Part shown: piece by piece, positions 39,721 to 51,282 of the stretch
Layout of the letters: every line of letters starts with the position of its first letter
Numbering within the stretch: the stretch's first letter is position 1
NCBI RefSeq assembly: GCF_964204865.1
Contig: NC_135255.1
Span: 15,066,001-15,130,000 of the forward strand
Origin: Styela clava
Lineage: Eukaryota
Reading direction: 5' to 3'
Length of the DNA: 64,000 nucleotides
Position numbers and translations under genes: made by a program
Notes under the pieces: model-generated
Database searches by the model: none
Told to the model about the DNA's origin: nothing
Seen by the model: the letters and a program-made list of their open reading frames with translations, nothing else

Positions 39721-40344
39721 TCGACTGTTAAAACAACGTGATTGCCGTTGTGGGCTGGGATTACGATATAGAAAAAACACTCACGGACGCTGTGATAATC
39801 TCGGTATCGAGTGGCAGACAGACAAGGAAGAAGATGCATTTTCTTTGATCGTAGCATCCAATTCGTAGAGCCGGATTTATAAGGCTCTAGGGCCTGGTGA
39901 GTATAAAGCTTCATATTTTTCATGACGAATGGAAATAGATGGATAGTTTATTTTGAAAACTCCATAATACACACAAATTGAAAGTGGAGAATTCTGGAGA
40001 GCGGGCAAAACCTTTAAAAAAGTTTAAAACACGAGAAACAGAATGCGCCCGCCCACCAGCACACACAAAGTTACAATATATATCTGTATATTCCTTAATT
40101 TGAATGCCTTGAAAGGATGGAAATAAATTCAATTTTCAATCATTTGAAACTTACACTGGTACAGTAATATACAGATATATGTTGTTAATTAAAGTAATGT
40201 TTATTTTGCCCCATCCCTTAATGATATTGCGATAAACCGAAGATCTTTGGCGTCAAATGTAAACATTGATCAACGGATAATATTATTTCCAATTCTTAAA
40301 AGAATTTTACAATATGATCTATTGAATTGATCATTACTCTACAG

Positions 40345-40900
40345 CAGGCATGTCCAACCTTTTTAGTGCCACTTTCACATGACGAAACTCATTGCGGGCC
40401 TCAAACATATACCACATATACCAGTTCTGATTTACGTTAGTATTTGCGCGTCGCTGAATCAAACGCTTGGATTGCACAAAGCTGTTGCGAATATCTGAAA
40501 TCATGCATTTGTACGCAGTGACTAAATTTCAGAAGTTTTATTTAACGCAAAAATTACATACACACCATAGCAAAAAACAAACAGAAAAAAAAAACGTATA
40601 CCGGAGCCAGTAACAAAGTAGCCTACAGTAGACTTTTTATTTTACGGTTGTGATAAGGATGATCAAAGCCTACCCTACACGAAAGATATTAATCATAACG
40701 ACTTACGGTAAATTTGGGTTGCAAATTTATTCTTATAATTTTCCTCGACCAATGATCGCACAATAGCTTTCGATTTTGTTGAGCAAAACGCGCGGTCCTT
40801 CGAGAAATAAAAAAAAACATCGATGTCAACCAGGGCGCAAGATTTGGTACAAGTGTGATAAGCAGAACCGATATTGGGATATAGAGGGCCGGCACAAACA
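40345..40900. mobile_element. Decayed hAT element of the same family as 5071-6069, in opposite orientation
   Basis: Start CAGGCATGTCCAACC...TGACGAAACTCATTGCGGGCC matches the reverse complement of the 6069 end. Segment 40710-40840 matches the reverse complement of 5270-5420 (GACATCGA...TCGAAAG-TATTGTGCGATCATTG...GAATAAATTTG). The other end is not found. Confidence 0.7.
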
Positions 40901-41086
40901 AACCAAAATCACGAAATATACCTTGCTGAAATAGACAAATCGTTTATATCAGTGCTTACTATAGCCGAAGTAAATTGAAAGCGATGTCTTCAAAATTTTT
41001 AATGTTTGAATGTGAGTGTTCCTTTTCACATCCATAATACAGTTGTTTGAGTTTCACAATTTATTCGAGTAATTCTATATTATTAG

Positions 41087-41134
41087 TTTAATACTACCAA
41101 ATACTCTAAACGTAATACAACCAAACACTCAAGT
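41087..41134 (-). other. Two tandem degenerate copies of a spliced-leader-like 24-mer
   Basis: Minus strand reads ACTTGAGTGTTTGGTTGTATTACG then TTTAGAGTATTTGGTAGTATTAAA. Each is 20/24 identical to ATTGGAGTATTTGGTTGTATTAAG, the stolidobranch ascidian SL as recalled from memory. Confidence 0.6.
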
Positions 41135-41300
41135 ACAAGATCTCGAGCGAGATTTCTCAGTATTATAGGTCTTATTGGCGATTTTGCAGGTGAATGTATT
41201 ACTTTTGACATCATTATTTAAAAAAGAATATTTCTATATTTAAAAAGAGAATATTTAGGTACTTTGTTCGTTTTTTTGTATAATATCATTATGTACGATT

Positions 41301-41604
41301 ATTACTTATCGATTTTAATCGGTAAGTATGTTGATAGGTATTTGTCTGTTTGTCTGTCTGTCTGTTAGATGCACGCGATATCTCACGAAAGCAAATTTGA
41401 ATCGGCTCCAGATTTTGCATGTGCATTCATCATATGTCGGACCAGAAGCCTATTGATTTTGGATGAATTATGTCGTATAATTAGCGAGTTATTAATTGAT
41501 TAGTGATGGGACACAAGGTGTCACTATGGATCAAGAGCGCTGTTTTGGGGGATCCCCTAACTTTCGATCGATAAGTCTTCGGTCTCTGACCAATATTCTC
41601 GTTT
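41301..41604 (+). mobile_element. Helentron-associated (HINE/DINE-1-like) element
   Basis: 5' subTIR ACTTATCGAT within a hairpin, a (TCTG)n microsatellite, and 3' subTIR ATCGATAAGT followed by a short stem-loop ending in a T-rich site. A second copy lies at 43398-43650. Confidence 0.7.
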
Positions 41605-42064
41605 AGTAGTTGGTGCATTTGTCAGTGGCGTCGAAATTCGCTCGTTTTTGTAACGTTGTTGCCAGTAAGCGATAAAAGCACCAACTACAGTCTTGACCCT
41701 CTTCATTTTATTTGAAAAAAATATCCCAACAATTCGTTTGCGATTTCATAAGCTGCTTTTAAACATTTTGAAACCACCGAAAATTGAATTGACCACAATA
41801 ATTGCTAGTGAATACACGTTACAATTATACACACTGCATTCTGACTAATTTATCAAATTACTCCTCGAGCCAAAAATTGAAGAAACTTCTGTCAATGAAG
41901 TTCTACTGGTATTTTGCTCGGTTAATCCCGATTTTCTGTCGAGCTCCCAAATACATAAGGCTGTGGTGTAACCGGAATTTTCAATTTGAGGTCCAATGGC
42001 CCAGTAAAAGTAATCCATATAATGCGTTGCTCACGGTACAACCGTTCTATAGTCTAGTCTAGAT

Positions 42065-44203
42065 CAGAGGTGACGAACCTGCGGCTCGCGGGCCGCGTGC
42101 GGCCTACCAAGAAATTTCATGCTGCCCGCGAAGCTTTCAGGCGATTGAGTATATGTTTGGCTTGAAGTCAAACCTTCAGGGACTGTACAGCGAAAACGGG
42201 AGCGCCGTATTACTTATCTTACTGGGAGCGCTATTTGTATTTCCAATAATCATATTACCTTGAATTGTCTGATCATCGATACCTTTAACAATGGAAGATC
42301 TTGAAAAAATGCCTACATTTCAAAAATCGGTTAATTACCACAGGATGGATTCGTTTATAATTTCTGTATCCGGAGGCTAGCGATCTTTTGTACAAAGCCC
42401 TCGCCACTAATGCAAGAATGTGAAATTTGAGAAAAACATCACGTTCTGAAATAACAAATTAGTAATAATCAAGTTGCGGTGCGGATCGGGCTAGGAATGA
42501 TTTGCGAATTTGAATTTTTAGCTCAATCTTCATTCATAGCCCTCACCCTAAAACAGATCTCGTAATACTTATCTGAAGCATTATTAACTAGGAGAAATAG
42601 GATGAAATTTCTATGAAACTGACTGCCGTAAATAGACAGGTCCCTGGTAAAAAGCCCCATTTTCGACGAATAATGTTTTTCTGTTATGTTATGTTGTCGG
42701 GTATGGATTCTGCAGTTGCGCAAAGTATTCAATTGTCGACTAATCCGAGTCTATTTATAATGTCTTGCCTTAATAATTTAATTGTTTGTGTTAATGTAAC
42801 CTGCGGTATTTCTTCGACTTATCACGGCAATCTACGGCCATAAAACGTTTGTATTTTTGCGATGTAACTAATTATACAAATTTGATCTGGTTGTTGCAAC
42901 ACTCTCTACGCTTTGTCACAACGCTACCACCCGAGATTATTTTCGAGATAACAACGTTAGGAAAATCCTTGAATTTGCGTAAAATATCAGACTTCAATTT
43001 ACCGTGTTCCCCCGAAAATGAGACTGGGTCTTATTTCAATTTTCTTCCGAAAAATACCACTAGAGCGTATTTTCGGGGGTGTCTTCTATTTTCATTTATC
43101 AAAGACAAAATTACAAAATAGAGAATTACGAAATTTTCAAATATGCAAAATATGAAAACCAATATCCATTTACTGTTAAATAACACGTTTTTATTCAAAA
43201 TAGATGCAAAACATAGATTACAATCATTCAAAACGGGTAGGAGAGATTTTCTGCTTTCTGCTACTAGGTCAAAAAAAATTCCACTTTATTGACTAGGTCT
43301 TATTTTAAGAGGAGGGCTTATTGGACACGTCAGTGGACACAGCAATCGTTTTGCATTTATGCTGGTACTCTTCTTCTTCTGTCTGTTCTTCATCGTGCTG
43401 ATAGGTATTTGTCTGTCTTTCTGTTAGATGCACGCGATATCTCACGAAGGCGAGGTTGAATCTGCTCCAAATTGCATGTGCATTCATCATATCTCGGACC
43501 AGAAGCCTATTGATTTTGGATGAATTATGTCGTATAATTAGCGAGTTATTAATTAATTAGTGATGGGACACGCGGTGTCACTATAGAGTCATGAATCGAA
43601 ACCGCAGTTTCGATCGATAAGTCTTCGGTCTCCGACCGATATTCTCGTTCTTATTTATTGACACGTTTTTAAAAAGTCGCTTTTCTCTTTGATTACTGGA
43701 CCAATCTCTTTAAAATTTTCAGTGCTTGTATTAAAATCATTTTTTATTTCATGCTAGATCTTATTTTCGGGAAAACACGGTACAATATAAATTTATTGTA
43801 CAGTGATACCTCGGTATAGTCGATCAAAACATTCGAGTAAAAAATGATGCTGTATTCGAACGGAAATTCGGATCTCGAACACCCGAACCGAGCGGCCGAG
43901 TGAAATGACGAGAGTATACAGTTGAGAGTTTCCAAATCGTCAATTCGTCCTGATATGAAGCGCTTAGTAAAGCAAAAAAGTTTCCAAAAATCTCACTAAG
44001 ATAAACATGCATTGAATGTTCTATTTTTATTTTACGCTGCAATATATCATCAAATAACTTCAGCCGTATGGACGCAGTTGTTCGTTTTTTCCTTGAAAAT
44101 TATTAGGTATAATAGTACAGTATGACTAAAAAGTTGTGCGGCCCGCTCACTCAGCGGTGACTGATAAAATGGCCCGCGATAGCAAATGGGTTTGTCACCC
44201 CTG
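42065..44203. mobile_element. Non-autonomous hAT (Buster-like) element with nested insertions
   Basis: Ends CAGAGGTGACGAACC / GGTTTGTCACCCCTG with subterminal GGCCCGC motifs. Perfect 8-bp TSD GTCTAGAT at 42057-64 and 44204-11. Confidence 0.87.
43398..43650 (+). mobile_element. 5'-truncated HINE/DINE-like copy nested in the hAT element
   Basis: GATAGGTATTTGTCTGT...TTAGATGCACGCGATATCTCACGAA...GATCGATAAGTCTTCGGTCTCCGACCGATATTCTCGTT, highly similar to 41333-41603. Confidence 0.75.
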
Positions 44204-45535
44204 GTCTAGATCTATACCCACTATATCCGTTTATGATAGGTTTGCCTGACCCATGTGCTACCCTAACATCATGTAATAAAATATGACATATACAACATTT
44301 GCGAAAACGTAATGAATAATAGAACCTTGGTTTTTTGCCACTTTCACCAAAGCAGATCAAATCACTTTTTCCTTTGGCACTTGTACACCATAAAGAAGTG
44401 TGTTAGCTGTTGTATTCGAAGTGTTTTCAACACTAAATTATCAACACTGACGTCAAAGTATTTAGACTTTTCCACAATATACAATGAATGTTCCAACGAA
44501 AATTGACTTACTTGCGCACTCCCGAAACAATAGATAGGAAAACATAAAGTTCTCTATGAAACAACAATAGCGATTTCGCAAGGATTTGTTATCCAATAAA
44601 TTGGGATCATGTGCAATTTTTCAATTTGATGAAGTATTCCAATTTTTGTGAGATTTTCGTATTATGTTTCCGAAAAAGCTGGGATAAACTGTGTTAAAAT
44701 GTAAAATCATGTGTCATCTTTTTAATGGCATATGTTTAAATGTTTTTTTCAGCCAAAATAGATTTTGAATTGGCCACCCAAATTGCACGCGCCCAGTCGA
44801 AAAAATACAAAACAATTAGCCGAAATCTCAGAATAGAGGGTTGGAAACTGTAGTGAAAAATAACCAGGAGAAAAAAACTGCATCGTATGATGTGTTTTCA
44901 AAACAAGTGTTACTATTTTTTTCTTCCCCAGGAACTGTCCGCCTGAAATTTGAAATGAACTTGCAATTCTGAATGTCTAAAAACTTGTGACATACGATTA
45001 ATACCTCGAAGCTGAATACAGAAAAAGTCAAAACGTGTTGCTTTGATAGTCAACAAAATACAATTTCGGGGTAAGTAATTAATTGAGCACATATTGTTCA
45101 ATAAGTTTTTGTGGCGAGATGGGCGAAAATTTGCAATACCTAGTATAGGCTACAAAATGGCGGTAATTAAAGAGTTCAATTGTGACGCCTGAACGCCAAT
45201 AGTGCAATGTGCTTATGACCGACGTAAACACGAAGACTGTATCGCGAGTCACGACGCGTAAATGGCAGTCTTTCGATGGATAAAACTTACCTGGAATCAT
45301 AAGCAATAATCATCGCCAGAATATTTCTCTACAAGATTATCTTGTACGGTATATTTCAAAAAATTTGCCAGGTAGAAAATGCCGAACGGGACCCGTCCCA
45401 TTTTCCATAAAGACACGTATAAGTGAATGTACATGGAGATACGTATAGGTAACAAAACATGTCATATTTTGTGTTTGAATTCACTAAATGGTATGGGATA
45501 AATATAACAAATAAAGAAAAACGTATGTTATCCTA

Positions 45536-45731
45536 GGTTCCATTACATTTGAATCCACGTGCATTTGAACCCACGACAGTTGCACCTATGGAAATTTTGA
45601 ATTTTACGAATATTTGAACCCATACTATCCCTAACCCATGGATTTTAGCACCCTCATATAGATTGAACCCGCGGATATACGGGTGCAAATGTATGGGTTC
45701 AAATGTACGTGGTTTCAAATGTACGGTAACC
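45536..45731. mobile_element. MULE-type MITE
   Basis: Long imperfect TIRs built from ACATTTGAACCCACGT units. Perfect 9-bp TSD GTTATCCTA at 45527-35 and 45732-40. Confidence 0.85.
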
Positions 45732-46149
45732 GTTATCCTAGACCCGGAGGATCCTATAAGAGTATAAAGTAGACGGTTCCCAACTTTTCCTGGTTCGCAG
45801 TACTTCCAGTCGCGGGTACATTTTAACAGTTCTAATTTTAATAAAAAGCGTGTCAAGAGTGTTTACAAGTTGTTTTTTGTTTGTGAGAAACCATAGTAAC
45901 AAGAATCCGTGAATTTGAAGTTATATGATACACTCGTATGAAAATGTTAAAAATAAATTAAAATATTATAATATCATCAAGTCATAAGTCCACCATCATA
46001 TACATTTATGCAAAAGCATGCTCGTTCTGTTTAATTCTGATATACACCAAATACTTACGTTCGTCACATAAAGCAAATTATTAATGCAAATAAATTTTGA
46101 ATGGGAATTAAACACAATTTTGCTGAATTTAAGTTGAGCCGACACTGAA

Positions 46150-47301
46150 TCATTTATCAGATTCACCTATCGGTTGCGACATTGCATTATTGCTGTCATC
46201 AGAAGTTGTTACCGACCTTTTTTTTATTCTTGTAATCATCCTTTTGAACGGAATTTTAAAAATTTCCCCGGTGTTTTGGAATGTTGCGATTATGCAAAAA
46301 ACGTTAATCATTAGGCTAATATCATACAATGTAGTGGGAAGAATTCGTGGTATGAAAATATTCTCTCCAGGAATGACGGAAACTATCGCCATAGTGCAAA
46401 TATCTGAGAGAACAGTTATAGCACAGCATATCATAGATCTGTGTATAGTTCTTAGCACAGTGTTAGTGTTTTTCCTACCTAATATAACTTGAAAACAAGT
46501 CAAAATGGAGTTTTTCAGTCTCTTATCAAGCCTTGTAGCTGTATTTGAGTCTTTGCTTCCTGAATTACATATATTTTTATGTCTACGGGTTGTCGAGTCA
46601 TTGAGCATCAATGGATAAATAAATAGGCCCAGGAGGGTCAACTGAGCTACAATCAGAAGACCTCCGAGAAAATAGGATCCCGTGTTTCCAAAGAAATTTT
46701 CAATGTCTGTGAAATTTGCTTCCGAGTTGATGACACATCCGTAAGGCAACGAGGTATACGAGTACGGTATCGTGTACACACAACTAATTCCGATGCACAT
46801 CGGTGTGAATAAAATCATTGCAATCCATCCAATAGGCGACACAAATTTTCCAGCCATTTCGTTCACACTTGGTTGGCTATATATAATCTTTTGGCGCAGC
46901 CATAAGAAGAAATATACTGCGTAAATAGACACCGAAAATGCCCCGTTTGTTATGTCGAAAATGAGCTCACATGTCTCCAAACCTCCTGGAATTATTGGAA
47001 GATTCATCAGTATTGCATTGGCTATCAGTCTTGGAAGAAGCAATACAACTGCTAATATGCACGTTGTATATATGACACCGCGGTTCAGGTTGGATGCTCC
47101 TGGTTTCTGCTTCCATTTTTGTTTCTTTACCCCGTAAATCACTAGACAAGCAAATATATAAATAGTCCCTGTTATGAGGAATGCGTTTAACACTTTGCAA
47201 CCCGTCAGTATTGAAAAGGGTATTTTGAAATCTGTTGAAGAATTGTTGGCTGCTTCTGTAGTTTGATAAGTTTTCATGGTGACATTAAAATCCATGAGCA
47301 T
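46150..47301 (-). CDS. Orphan 7TM GPCR-like receptor, paralog 1 (intronless)
   Basis: Seven hydrophobic segments, N-terminal N-glycosylation sequons, TM3-start Cys (TCE) and ECL2 Cys (PYGC), FLWLRQ at the DRY position, LGLFIYP in TM5 and YDISLMIN in TM7. The likely ATG is 47301, downstream of an acceptor TTTTCAG at ~47351; the track ORF starts earlier at a non-ATG codon. Confidence 0.85.
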   Translation of the reverse strand: MLMDFNVTMKTYQTTEAANNSSTDFKIPFSILTGCKVLNAFLITGTIYIFACLVIYGVKKQKWKQKPGASNLNRGVIYTTCILAVVLLLPRLIANAILMNLPIIPGGLETCELIFDITNGAFSVSIYAVYFFLWLRQKIIYSQPSVNEMAGKFVSPIGWIAMILFTPMCIGISCVYTIPYSYTSLPYGCVINSEANFTDIENFFGNTGSYFLGGLLIVAQLTLLGLFIYPLMLNDSTTRRHKNICNSGSKDSNTATRLDKRLKNSILTCFQVILGRKNTNTVLRTIHRSMICCAITVLSDICTMAIVSVIPGENIFIPRILPTTLYDISLMINVFCIIATFQNTGEIFKIPFKRMITRIKKRSVTTSDDSNNAMSQPIGESDK

Positions 47302-47622
47302 CTTACAAATGCCACCTTGTTTGTGGCTCTTTTGTGTCACTAAACTGTCACTGAAAATATTAAAAAATATATACAATTGAGAATGAAAAAATACAATTTT
47401 GGTTACGTATAACATGGTTATTGTAATTGCATTATAACGATGATGCAAATATAGATAACGTTCAAATAATGCTAAGATTTCAAATTATCTTTCGAGCTGT
47501 AATCTTATAGTATCTCGCGATCCGGATTAGTAGGCGTCATTTTTTTGGACTCGCTATTTTTCAGTCGACACCGAGCTCTTTGAAAGATAACACTGAAACT
47601 ATGCATATATAGTCTTGGTATA

Positions 47623-48735
47623 TCATAGAATTGTTGTCTCTGAGATTTGAGGTTCCTGCATTCTTTCTATATTTTGAGCACAACCTGAGAACAGTGTTTT
47701 TAAAATTCCTCTGGTATTTTGAAATGTTGCCACAATACAGAACACGTTTATCATTATACTAATATCATAAAGGGTAGTCGGCAACACTCGTGGAATGTCA
47801 AGATTTTCCTCTGGGATACTTAATACAATTGCCATCGTGAAAATATCGGATGAAATTGTAATAGAGCAGCACACCATAGATCGATGTATAGTTCGTGACA
47901 CTATATTTGCATCGGGTTCGCCCTTTATCATTCGCCAAATTGCGGAAAAGAGGCGTTTTATTTTGTAAAATTTGATTCCGGTTTCTGATGGATCGTTCCC
48001 TCGTGATATATTATTGTTTTCGTGGACTGCAGAATTGCTGAGCGCCAACGGATAAATGAACAAGCCCAATAGTATCAGTTGTGCCAATATTTGGAGTCCT
48101 ACCATTAAATATGGACCGGATCCTTTGAAAAAATATTCCAAATCTGTCAGGTTGGCACGTAAATTGATGACACAACCGTAAGGGAGTGATTCAAATGATG
48201 TAGGGAGAGTAAACATAACAGTTAGTCCAAGGCTCATGATGATCAGAAGAGACATTGCAAACCACCCAAGAGGATTGGCGTATTTTCCTGTCATTTGTCG
48301 TACCGTCGGCTGTGCATAAATAAGTAGTTGTCGAAACCATAAAAAAGAATAGATCGCAAATGCTGCTAAGGTGTATGCACCGTTAGTGATGTCAAATACC
48401 ACTTCGCACATTTGTAAACCTCCAGGTATGAGCGAAATGTTTATAAGCACGGCGTCTGCTACAAGTCTGGGAAGAAATAGAATAACAGCTACAATGCATG
48501 CGGTGTAAATGACTCCACCATTTACGTTGGATATCCCTGTTGATTTCTTCCATCTATGATTTTTTATACCATATATTATCAAGCTGATTATAATGTACAT
48601 AGTGCACGCCAAAAGTACAGCATTAACCACTCGACAGATAGTCTTAATGTGAAAGACTGATTTCGGATTGTATTCCCGGAGAGCCGGTATTGTGAAATAT
48701 GCCACTGTCGAGTTGTCGCTAGTTAGCTTCATCAT
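47623..48735 (-). CDS. Orphan 7TM GPCR-like receptor, paralog 2 (intronless)
   Basis: 370 aa with the same motifs: LPRL, MCE, FLWFRQ, PYGC, LGLFIYP, RTIHRSM and YDISIMINVFC. Confidence 0.88.
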   Translation of the reverse strand: MMKLTSDNSTVAYFTIPALREYNPKSVFHIKTICRVVNAVLLACTMYIIISLIIYGIKNHRWKKSTGISNVNGGVIYTACIVAVILFLPRLVADAVLINISLIPGGLQMCEVVFDITNGAYTLAAFAIYSFLWFRQLLIYAQPTVRQMTGKYANPLGWFAMSLLIIMSLGLTVMFTLPTSFESLPYGCVINLRANLTDLEYFFKGSGPYLMVGLQILAQLILLGLFIYPLALSNSAVHENNNISRGNDPSETGIKFYKIKRLFSAIWRMIKGEPDANIVSRTIHRSMVCCSITISSDIFTMAIVLSIPEENLDIPRVLPTTLYDISIMINVFCIVATFQNTRGILKTLFSGCAQNIERMQEPQISETTIL

Positions 48736-49707
48736 GTATCAGTTTTAACCATCAATATGAAGAACAGCTCTTATTATTTTAATTTTAACTAAGTAGTAAA
48801 ACAATGATTGGCATTTATCACTCTCAAAAGCATCAGCAACTTAGGTAAAATAATACGATACAGCATGCTATTGGATAGCAGATGATTTAAAATAATGAAA
48901 TAAATAGTAAAATTTTGCACACACGACTGTTCGGTATGTCAAAAACACGATAACAAAGTACAAAATAAATAACTGATAGAAACAAATGATATAAGTTGTC
49001 GTCAAGATTATGCCTCTAGTTCATTTCAATACTACTAAGCATAAAAGCACCCACGTGATATATACAGATTGTTGGCATTTTGGAACAGTGGCTAACGATC
49101 TCAGTGCATTCAAAATGCAATATTTCACGTTTATATAAGTCCATGAGACAATTTTCTGAATCCGATAATAATTTCCTAAATGATTTATTGAGATTATTTC
49201 GAGATATATATAATCAGCCCAATTTTCAATAATGAGCGGATCTGCGTTTAAACTTGTTTGATTTCAGCAATTGACGAAATGAAATTATGTGCGATTATCG
49301 TTAAAATACTAAGGATTGCTCAAATCGTTCCAAATGGGCTAGTTCAATCGATGCGAAATACTTAAAGAAATCTCTATCAATTTTCCTGGTTTGCTAGGAT
49401 ATGAATCACATCACCAACTGTTTTTTAAATGAAATAATTTGGTTACTCTCATAGATAAGAGTAGATAATAAACTCGACTGCAGTTACGAATTACAATCAA
49501 ACCAAATCCGCGACACGCAAGCTTGAGAAATTGAAACGATACGCACAATTATCTGTTTTTTTTTTAATTTTAAGAATCTAAAAGTATGAATAAATCTTGA
49601 ATAAATGAGTAATGAAACTTCGACAACACAGTCCTTCCTATCGTCAATTCTGGCAATGAATCAGTAGTCAATTTTATGTGCCCATTCGCAAAAAACATCA
49701 GACTTTG

Positions 49708-50814
49708 TCAAAAAGCGGTGATCTCTGGACTCTGAGTTTCTGGAGTTCGTATATTTATGATACGTCCCGCAAACAGCGGTTTCAAAATGTTTTTGGTTTT
49801 TTGGAAGGTTGCGACAATACAGAAAACGTTGATCATCAAACTAATGTCATATAAAGTCGTTGGTAACACGCGTGGAATATCCATGTTTTTGTCTGGAATA
49901 CTTGATACCATTGCCATTGTGAAAATATCCGATATTATTGCTATAGCGCAGCATACCATTGATCGATGTATAGTCCGTAACACTGTATTTGCACTTCGGT
50001 CACATTTCATCCCCCGCCATATTGCAGAGAAGAAGTGTTTTATCTTATGAAAGTTGTTTGATATTCCGGGTTCTATATTACCATCCGATAACTTTATATC
50101 CTGGCGAATTACAGAATTACTAAGTACCATCGGATAAATGAATAAGCCCAAGAGTATCAATTGTGCTGAAACTGAAAGTCCCACCATCATAAATACACCA
50201 TAACTTACAAAAAACTTTTCAAAGTATGTCGAATCGGAACGTGGGTTTATAATACAACCGTATGGAAGCGATGTAAATGTCGAGGGTAGGATCATCATTA
50301 CGGATAGTCCTAGACTTAAAACGATGAGTACCGCCATAATACACCATCCAATAGGATTAACGTATTTTCCTGTTAACTGTCGTACTCTTGGATGAGCATA
50401 AATGAGTAGTTGCCGTAGCCACAAAAAGAAATAAATAGCATATATTGATAAGGTATATGTACCGCTATTAACGTCAAACACCGTTTCGCACATTTGCAAA
50501 CCTCCTGGGATATGCAGAAGATTGATAAGCACCCCGTCCACCACAAGCCGCGGAAGAAACAAGATGACTGATATCAAACACGTGGTGTAAATGACTCTCC
50601 CATTCATGTTGGATGTCCCAGATACTTTCTGCCACTTCCGATTCTTTATCCCATATGTGATCAAGCTAATGATTACATAAATGGTGCACGTTAATAGTAT
50701 AATGTTGACCACCTGGCACGTAGTTTTTATTGAAAATGCAAGGTTCGGATTATATCTCAATGCAGAACTGGTTGAAGGATAGATCAGGGTTGAATTGGTG
50801 ATATTTAATTCCAT
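49708..50814 (-). CDS. Orphan 7TM GPCR-like receptor, paralog 3 (intronless)
   Basis: 368 aa from the ATG at 50814 and closest to paralog 2. Motifs LPRL, MCE, FLWLRQ, PYGC, LGLFIYP and YDISLMINVFC. Confidence 0.88.
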   Translation of the reverse strand: MELNITNSTLIYPSTSSALRYNPNLAFSIKTTCQVVNIILLTCTIYVIISLITYGIKNRKWQKVSGTSNMNGRVIYTTCLISVILFLPRLVVDGVLINLLHIPGGLQMCETVFDVNSGTYTLSIYAIYFFLWLRQLLIYAHPRVRQLTGKYVNPIGWCIMAVLIVLSLGLSVMMILPSTFTSLPYGCIINPRSDSTYFEKFFVSYGVFMMVGLSVSAQLILLGLFIYPMVLSNSVIRQDIKLSDGNIEPGISNNFHKIKHFFSAIWRGMKCDRSANTVLRTIHRSMVCCAIAIISDIFTMAMVSSIPDKNMDIPRVLPTTLYDISLMINVFCIVATFQKTKNILKPLFAGRIINIRTPETQSPEITAF

Positions 50815-51079
50815 CAAATCACAGTAAAACCGTCAATGTGAAGAACCTACGATAATAACACAACTATATATATATACGAACTGGCAATCTTCCACGACTT
50901 AAGAGTTCTGAAAGGAAACACAAACAACGAGAGTTATATTATGTACAAAATGCAAATACGTAAACAAAGGTACAATTTCAGAAATGAATACATTCAAACG
51001 TTATGATAAAAGTCACATCAAAAACACAGAGAACGGATTTTCATATATATTTGTTTAATGATAAACATATATAGCCTTA

Positions 51080-51282
51080 GGTGACCGTACATTTGAACCC
51101 ACGTACATTTGAACCCATGTGTATATCCACGGGTTCAATCTATATGCGGGTGCTAAAACCCATGGGTTAGGGTTAGTATGGGTTTAACTATCCGTGAAAC
51201 AAAAAAAATTCCATCGGTGCAATACCATACAGGTGCAATTGTCATGGGTTCAAATGTACGTGGGTTCAAATGTAATGGAACC
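51080..51282. mobile_element. MULE-type MITE, same family as 45536-45731 in opposite orientation
   Basis: Ends GGTGACCGTACATTTGAACCC / GGGTTCAAATGTAATGGAACC. Perfect 9-bp TSD ATAGCCTTA at 51071-79 and 51283-91. Confidence 0.87.

Noticed and set aside
45533-45856. ORFs containing VHLxPRTFEP (also 51153-51431)
   Set aside because: Translation of the MITE inverted repeats.
46041-46057. Partial SL-like word (TATACACCAAATACT), also TTGGAGTATTTG at ~35049
   Set aside because: Short or gapped matches expected by chance in AT-rich DNA; one lies antisense inside a PKNOX exon.
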